Assembly: GCA_049302065.1 (NCBI GenBank)
Contig: JBAQLU010000249.1
Location: 18,539-82,538 of the forward strand
Length of the DNA: 64,000 bases
Source of the DNA: Thermodesulfovibrionales bacterium
GTDB lineage: Bacteria > Nitrospirota > Thermodesulfovibrionia > Thermodesulfovibrionales > SM23-35
Direction: 5' to 3'
The notes below the pieces were generated by a model. The model was not told the DNA's origin. It did not search any database and saw only the letters and a list, made by a program, of their open reading frames with translations. Made by a program: the position numbers and the translations under genes. Shown piece after piece: positions 59,992 to 64,000 of this stretch; the first letter of the stretch is position 1, and the number at the start of each line of letters is the position of its first letter.

Positions 59992-60440
59992 GCCGATTCC
60001 ATGATCCTTCCGAATTTGCTTATATCCATATCAGAAAGGAAGTCCCGTGATTGCCTCACTAAAGCGTCATCGGGAGAGCCGATATCTACAACTCTTTGAT
60101 AGGCCCTTATGCTATTCCCAACGTCCAGTTTCTTCTGGTATGAAACTGCCAGGTTGAATTGAGCATCGAGAAAATAGGGAAATATATCCACCGCCTTCTT
60201 GAAGCATTTTATTGCTTCATCATACTGCTTCCTAAAACCCCATACAACGCCCATGGCGAATTGTACGGTATGATAATCTGAATGGCTCACCATTAGTTCC
60301 TCTATAGTAGATGCTCCTTTATCAATGAAACCCCTTTCGACCATCATCAGCGCCTCGTCGATCTTCTTGTCTATCTCATCGTTGAGAGCTATTATGAACG
60401 GCTTTTTAGCAGCTTTTTTAAATTTCTTTATCTTCTTCAT
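59976..60440 (-). CDS. TPR-repeat protein (possibly the N-terminal half of a frameshifted gene)
   Basis: 154-aa ORF with the TPR-like stretch YDEAIKCFKKAVDIFPYFLDAQFNLAVSYQKKLDVGNSIRAYQRVVDI. It overlaps the next ORF by 16 nt in a different frame. Confidence 0.55.
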   Translation of the reverse strand: MKKIKKFKKAAKKPFIIALNDEIDKKIDEALMMVERGFIDKGASTIEELMVSHSDYHTVQFAMGVVWGFRKQYDEAIKCFKKAVDIFPYFLDAQFNLAVSYQKKLDVGNSIRAYQRVVDIGSPDDALVRQSRDFLSDMDISKFGRIMESAWMHI

Positions 60441-60525
60441 TTATCAACCTTTAATAGAGAGAAGGGGGACATATTCTCCCCTTTGGCGGGCTGAGGTTCC
60501 AAACCTGCTTCCTCCAGATCGAGTA

Positions 60526-60837
60526 TTAGGCGGCTTCACAGGTATGCGGCTCAGCTTCTATGGCAAGTCTCAACCCCATGGCATGAAGAAGAGTGTAAAG
60601 GCTCTTGATCTCTGGGTTGCCTTTTTTTGAAAGCATCCGGTAGAGACTTTCGCGGCTAAGATTTGCCTTTTCCGCAAGAGCTGCCATCCCGCCGCACGCC
60701 TCTGCCACATTACGCAAAGCCAGTAAGAAAACGGAGCGGTCTCCCTCCTCAATGGCTGCGTTGAGATAGGCCGCTGCCTCGCACGGGTCTTTTAGCGACT
60801 CGATCAGATCTTTTTGATAGGAAGATATTCTAGGCAT
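60526..60837 (-). CDS. Addiction-module antidote protein (HTH; partner of a RelE/ParE-type killer protein)
   Basis: The sequence is [91 protein letters not shown], the family pattern for this antidote. The ATG is at 60837. Confidence 0.8.
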   Translation of the reverse strand: MPRISSYQKDLIESLKDPCEAAAYLNAAIEEGDRSVFLLALRNVAEACGGMAALAEKANLSRESLYRMLSKKGNPEIKSLYTLLHAMGLRLAIEAEPHTCEAA

Positions 60838-61170
60838 GTCTTTCCCTCCTTTTGTGGTCATTCCAGTATTCCTTTGCCGTTTCAATATCCTCCTCCTGAC
60901 TTGACTTGTCACCCCCAAGGAGAAGAAGGATGATATTGGTGCCTTCTTGAGCAAAATATATCCGATAGCCGGGGCATAGTCTACCTTCAGTTCACGCACG
61001 CCTTCGCCGACAGCACGGTTTTTACCCAAATTGCCGAGCCTCACACGATCAAGTCTGACGCGGATATTAGCTCTGGGAGAAACATCCCGAAGCCCTTCCA
61101 ACCATTCCTTAAAAGGTATCTTGCCCATATCGTTAACATAATATTCAAGCTCAAAGGGAAAGGCTATCAT
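60830..61170 (-). pseudogene. RelE/ParE-superfamily 'addiction module killer' toxin with a 1-nt frameshift
   Basis: The N-terminal part is in frame: MIAFPFELEYYVNDMGKIPFKEWLEGLRD...[22 protein letters not shown]. After tatgccccggctat the expected continuation [42 protein letters not shown] appears only in another frame. This artificially fuses the track ORF 60526..61206. Confidence 0.75.
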
Positions 61171-61273
61171 TGTATTTATTGTAACTTTTAAGCTACATAA
61201 TGTCAATTGACTAATTGATACAGTAAGACGTTGACAAGGTAAGCATCCGCCAATTTTGTGATCAGTTGATCGC

Positions 61274-61303
61274 GGTTCGACTCGACTCCCACCACCAGCA
61301 CCA
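61274..61303 (+). other. tRNA/tmRNA 3'-end-like fragment (possible integration-site remnant)
   Basis: The sequence is ggttcgactcgactcccaccaccagcacca. It has a T-loop-like GGTTCGACTC, a 5-nt internal duplication, and an acceptor-like end terminating in CCA. I could not find a matching 5' half upstream, so this is not a complete tRNA. Confidence 0.4.
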
Positions 61304-61309
61304 TTTAGG

Positions 61310-62449
61310 CTACTTCTCCAGAAACTGCTTCCAGTTCATAACAAGTATATTCCCAAGCCTGTAAGGCTCATCAGCATTGCACACGACATAACACGGAACA
61401 TCCGGATAGTCTTGCTGAAAAGATTTCAAGCCGGTAAGCTGCGCTGTGGTAATTGTCCTGGACCATTTGATTTCATAAGCACCAGTGAGCTTTCCTGATT
61501 GCTCCATCAGCAGATCTACCTCTGCTCCGGTGTTTGTCCGCCAGTAGTATAGATTGATCAGCTTCTGCGATGTCTTTATCCGTTTTATTGTTTCTACGAT
61601 GATAAACTGCTCAAATAATCTGCCGAGGAGATACGGGTCTGAAATGGCATGATCATAACGGTTAATGATGTTTGTAACGCCGTTATCGAACAGGTAAAAT
61701 TTGGGATGTCCTGAAAGGCGTTTCCTAACGCTCTTTCTCCATGGCTCAAGGCGAAAACCGATGAGGGTGTCAACGAGTATTTCATAGTATGTCTTGACGG
61801 TCATGACTGCCTGCCGGCACTCTCGTGCAACTGTCGAATAGTTAACGATCTCCCCGAACTGACTGGCCGCCATATCGAGAAATCTCGAAAATGCTCCTAT
61901 CTGGCGGACAATGCCCTCGGCCTGGATTTCTTCACGTAAATAAATATCGACGTATGCGTTTAGAAGGTCGATCTTGTCTGCCTCTGTTTTAGCAAGAAAA
62001 ACGGGAGGAAGCGACCCAAAACGCAGGAAATGCATGAGATGAGCATTCCTGGAGACTTCATTCCACAGAAAGGGAAACAGAAAACGCTGCACTGCCCGTC
62101 CGCCGAGAAGATTTGCATAGCCTCGCCTGAGTTTTCTTGCGCTCGAACCGGACATGAGGAAATTTAGTGAGGTGCTGTCAATAAGATATTGGACCTCGTT
62201 GAGAAGTTCAGGGACGCGTTGTATCTCATCTATAAATACGTGCTTTATGCTCTTCTTTTTTTCAATGACTTCTCTTCTCAGAAGTGAAGGGTCTTTTGAA
62301 TATTTAAAGAATTGATCGCTCAGCAGCAGATTGATCCCATAGACCTTATCCTTGAAGACACTGTTGATCAGGGTGGTCTTCCCTGTTTGCCTGGGACCAA
62401 AGAGGAAAAATGATTTGTTCACCGGCAGCTTCAGGGTTCTCTTTACCAT
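61310..62449 (-). CDS. AAA-family ATPase with a C-terminal DUF4143-type domain
   Basis: 379-aa ORF. Walker A is FLFGPRQTGKTTL and Walker B is VFIDEIQ. The overall pattern is that of the common 'ATP-binding protein, DUF4143' family. Confidence 0.8.
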   Translation of the reverse strand: MVKRTLKLPVNKSFFLFGPRQTGKTTLINSVFKDKVYGINLLLSDQFFKYSKDPSLLRREVIEKKKSIKHVFIDEIQRVPELLNEVQYLIDSTSLNFLMSGSSARKLRRGYANLLGGRAVQRFLFPFLWNEVSRNAHLMHFLRFGSLPPVFLAKTEADKIDLLNAYVDIYLREEIQAEGIVRQIGAFSRFLDMAASQFGEIVNYSTVARECRQAVMTVKTYYEILVDTLIGFRLEPWRKSVRKRLSGHPKFYLFDNGVTNIINRYDHAISDPYLLGRLFEQFIIVETIKRIKTSQKLINLYYWRTNTGAEVDLLMEQSGKLTGAYEIKWSRTITTAQLTGLKSFQQDYPDVPCYVVCNADEPYRLGNILVMNWKQFLEK

Positions 62450-62632
62450 AATGTAAAAGTGTAAAGTATAATTACAGCTATGTCAATAGATTGCACGGAG
62501 GAATTTTAATTTTTTATCAAACATATGCGAATTACTTTTTCCATATTTGGACTAATTATGGAAATAATAATACCAAATTAAGTGCAACAAGCTCACAATA
62601 TTCTTTAAGTCTCAACCTTATAGGGGCTCCCA

Positions 62633-62938
62633 TTATATCAGTATTTCTTCAGTTTCAGGATTCTGTGCAATTTTATCGATTCTTTTTTTCTGCCCAGAAT
62701 ATAAAGGTTCGTCCAATGAATATTCAGTTATTGGTCTTAATCCTTTGCCTGCATATTCAAGTGTTTTGAATAAATAACCCATGAACGATCCCGAATAGCG
62801 ATAGCATCGTATGCAGCCTTCAATACGCTTTTTAATCAAATACTCATATCCTTTCCAACGAGAAATTTTGGGACAATGTTCGATCCACTCATCAATAGTG
62901 AACCTTACCAACTTGATAATTTCTTGTTTGGCTGTCAC
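62633..62938 (-). CDS. Hypothetical protein (possibly a 5'-truncated gene)
   Basis: 101-aa ORF with a GTG start. The frame stays open ~170 nt further upstream without any ATG, so the gene may be truncated or use an unusual start. Confidence 0.3.
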   Translation of the reverse strand: MTAKQEIIKLVRFTIDEWIEHCPKISRWKGYEYLIKKRIEGCIRCYRYSGSFMGYLFKTLEYAGKGLRPITEYSLDEPLYSGQKKRIDKIAQNPETEEILI

Positions 62939-63367
62939 ATTTCCTTTTTGAGCAATTCTTACTAACGCAATACTAATAATATCTCGTATAGAATTATTAT
63001 CTTTATCATCCGGAGTCAGAAAGGTATAAAGTTTGCCATCGTATTTATGAAGAATAATTTTAACCTCAGTTTTACACCGATATAGTTTTGTTCCCTTGCG
63101 CAGGTCAGGAACTGATGCTTGATTGCTTCTTTATCAATGAGCTTAGGTCAGAAGCTCATACCGGAATTGGAAGCTACCAAAGAACACCCCGCCAGTCATT
63201 GGGGAAGCATTGTGTTCATTTATTTTATAAGTTCATTTTTAGTGAACAGTACATATTACTGAACATGGCAAAAAGTTTACATGTAAACCTTCAGGGTTGG
63301 TTGACTCTCTTAGAAGGTACAAATATTACCTATTGGATTGAAAAATAATTCTCACATAGAAGATTTT

Positions 63368-63460
63368 CGTTCAAGAAGTGACAATTTTTGTTCAAGAAGT
63401 TGACTTTTGTTCATTATTTTGCTATGTTCATAGTAAATGAACATAATAAATAAGTGAACA
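63368..63460 (+). promoter_or_regulatory. Cluster of GTTCA/TGAAC repeats (two 16-nt direct repeats plus a palindrome) overlapping a promoter candidate
   Basis: The direct repeats are cgttcaagaagtgaca and tgttcaagaagttgac. The palindrome is tgttcat-agtaa-atgaaca, with an extra gtgaaca. The promoter candidate is TTGACT-17 nt-TATGTT at 63399-63427, just upstream of the ATG at 63466. Confidence 0.5.
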
Positions 63461-63465
63461 AAACT

Positions 63466-64000
63466 ATGGACAGAAACAATATAGATACACAAGAAGAAAT
63501 CTTCAACCTTGCCATTGAGGCGTTTCGAAAAAACGTCCCGGTCCAGATCGAGATTGAGATTTTAGCTCAGGAGCCTGCCTGTGCAATAGGATTTCGGACA
63601 GACCGGCGAATAAAGATGATGGTGCAGGGGAAGGCCCTGGATTATTATGCCGAAATAAAAACAATCGTTACGAAACCACACAAGCTCTTATTACTGATGC
63701 ATAGAGAGAAATTAAACTACCCTCTTTTATTGGTTGCAAAATATGTAAATGCGCAGATGGCAGAGCAGCTTAGGCTTGATGGCATAGAATTTATCGACAC
63801 AGCCGGTAATGCCTTTATAAACCAGCCGCCAATATATATTTTCCTCAAGGGTAACAGACCCCCTGAGAATGTCAGAAAAGCTCCACTCAAAAGAGCATTT
63901 AAACCCGCAGGTCTCAAAATCATTTATGCTTTCCTGTGCAACCCCGGCTTTGAGAATAAGGCATACCGTGAGATAGCTGCTGCTACAGATGTAGCCCTCG
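63466..64000 (+). CDS. Hypothetical protein, 3' end runs off the window
   Basis: Hand translation gives MDRNNIDTQEEIFNLAIEAFRKNVPVQIEIEILAQEPACAIGFRTDRRIKMMVQGKALDYYAEIKTIVTKPHKLLLLMHREKLNYPLLLVAKYVNAQMAEQLRLDGIEFIDTAGNAFINQ.... The frame is open to the window end. It is absent from the track because there is no stop. Confidence 0.55.
   Translation, partial: MDRNNIDTQEEIFNLAIEAFRKNVPVQIEIEILAQEPACAIGFRTDRRIKMMVQGKALDYYAEIKTIVTKPHKLLLLMHREKLNYPLLLVAKYVNAQMAEQLRLDGIEFIDTAGNAFINQPPIYIFLKGNRPPENVRKAPLKRAFKPAGLKIIYAFLCNPGFENKAYREIAAATDVAL

Noticed and set aside
61229-61305. A complete tRNA gene ending at the CCA at 61303.
   Set aside because: I could not find a 5' acceptor strand complementary to the 3' end or a cloverleaf in the preceding ~75 nt. 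The T-arm region also has a 5-nt duplication. I report it only as a fragment.
63088-63348. 86-aa plus-strand ORF in the gap before the last gene.
   Set aside because: It has a non-ATG start, no RBS and no recognisable motif. It overlaps the open upstream extension of the minus-strand ORF 62633..62938. It is probably non-coding.

Overview
The window is visibly AT-rich bacterial DNA, and almost everything from 1 to 47.4 kb is on the minus strand. It has four parts.

(1) 0.7-29 kb is a dense locus of c-type cytochromes carrying about 84 canonical CXXCH motifs by my count.
- A 1.8k-aa 13-heme protein with a repeat and jelly-roll tail.
- A 26-heme protein, a 16-heme protein and a roughly 7-heme protein.
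- Four paralogous proteins of 340-390 aa that I recognise, from memory, as OmcS-like (the Geobacter nanowire cytochrome family).
- Interleaved non-heme genes: NHL, YVTN and FG-GAP beta-propeller proteins, a 774-aa outer-membrane beta-barrel with an inserted jelly-roll domain, three small lipoproteins and a SurA/PrsA-type PPIase.

This looks like an extracellular electron-transfer or cytochrome-filament system.

(2) 29.5-47.4 kb holds scpA, a hydrolase, and a Wood-Ljungdahl carbonyl-branch operon (acsE-acsD-acsC-acsB-cooS). That operon runs straight into NuoE-like, NuoF-like (two tandem paralogs, each with a C-terminal CBS pair), ferredoxin-like and NuoG-like genes.

(3) 47.7-54.1 kb is housekeeping on the plus strand: rimP-nusA-recG, a prepilin peptidase and a PAS histidine kinase.

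(4) 54.1-64 kb looks like a decayed accessory island. It has AAA ATPases, an XRE/S24 repressor, two pol-beta-type nucleotidyltransferases, degraded HigBA and RelE-type toxin-antitoxin modules, and a tRNA 3'-end fragment.

The most unusual sequence-level signal is a family of inverted arrays of degenerate short tandem repeats.
- The main unit is the heptamer AGAGCNN/NNGCTCT. Other loci use CAGANNN, CAAGGGNN or the 9-mer TTTCTTGGG.
- In the cytochrome locus the two arms are translated as the charged n-region and the hydrophobic h-region of signal peptides.
- In one case they bracket the start codon. In another they bracket an inserted '23S-rRNA-IVS-type' four-helix-bundle gene.
- In the acs operon the arrays fill every intergenic gap.

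Several REP/MITE-like palindromic elements are also present. No rRNA gene, complete tRNA gene or CRISPR array was seen.
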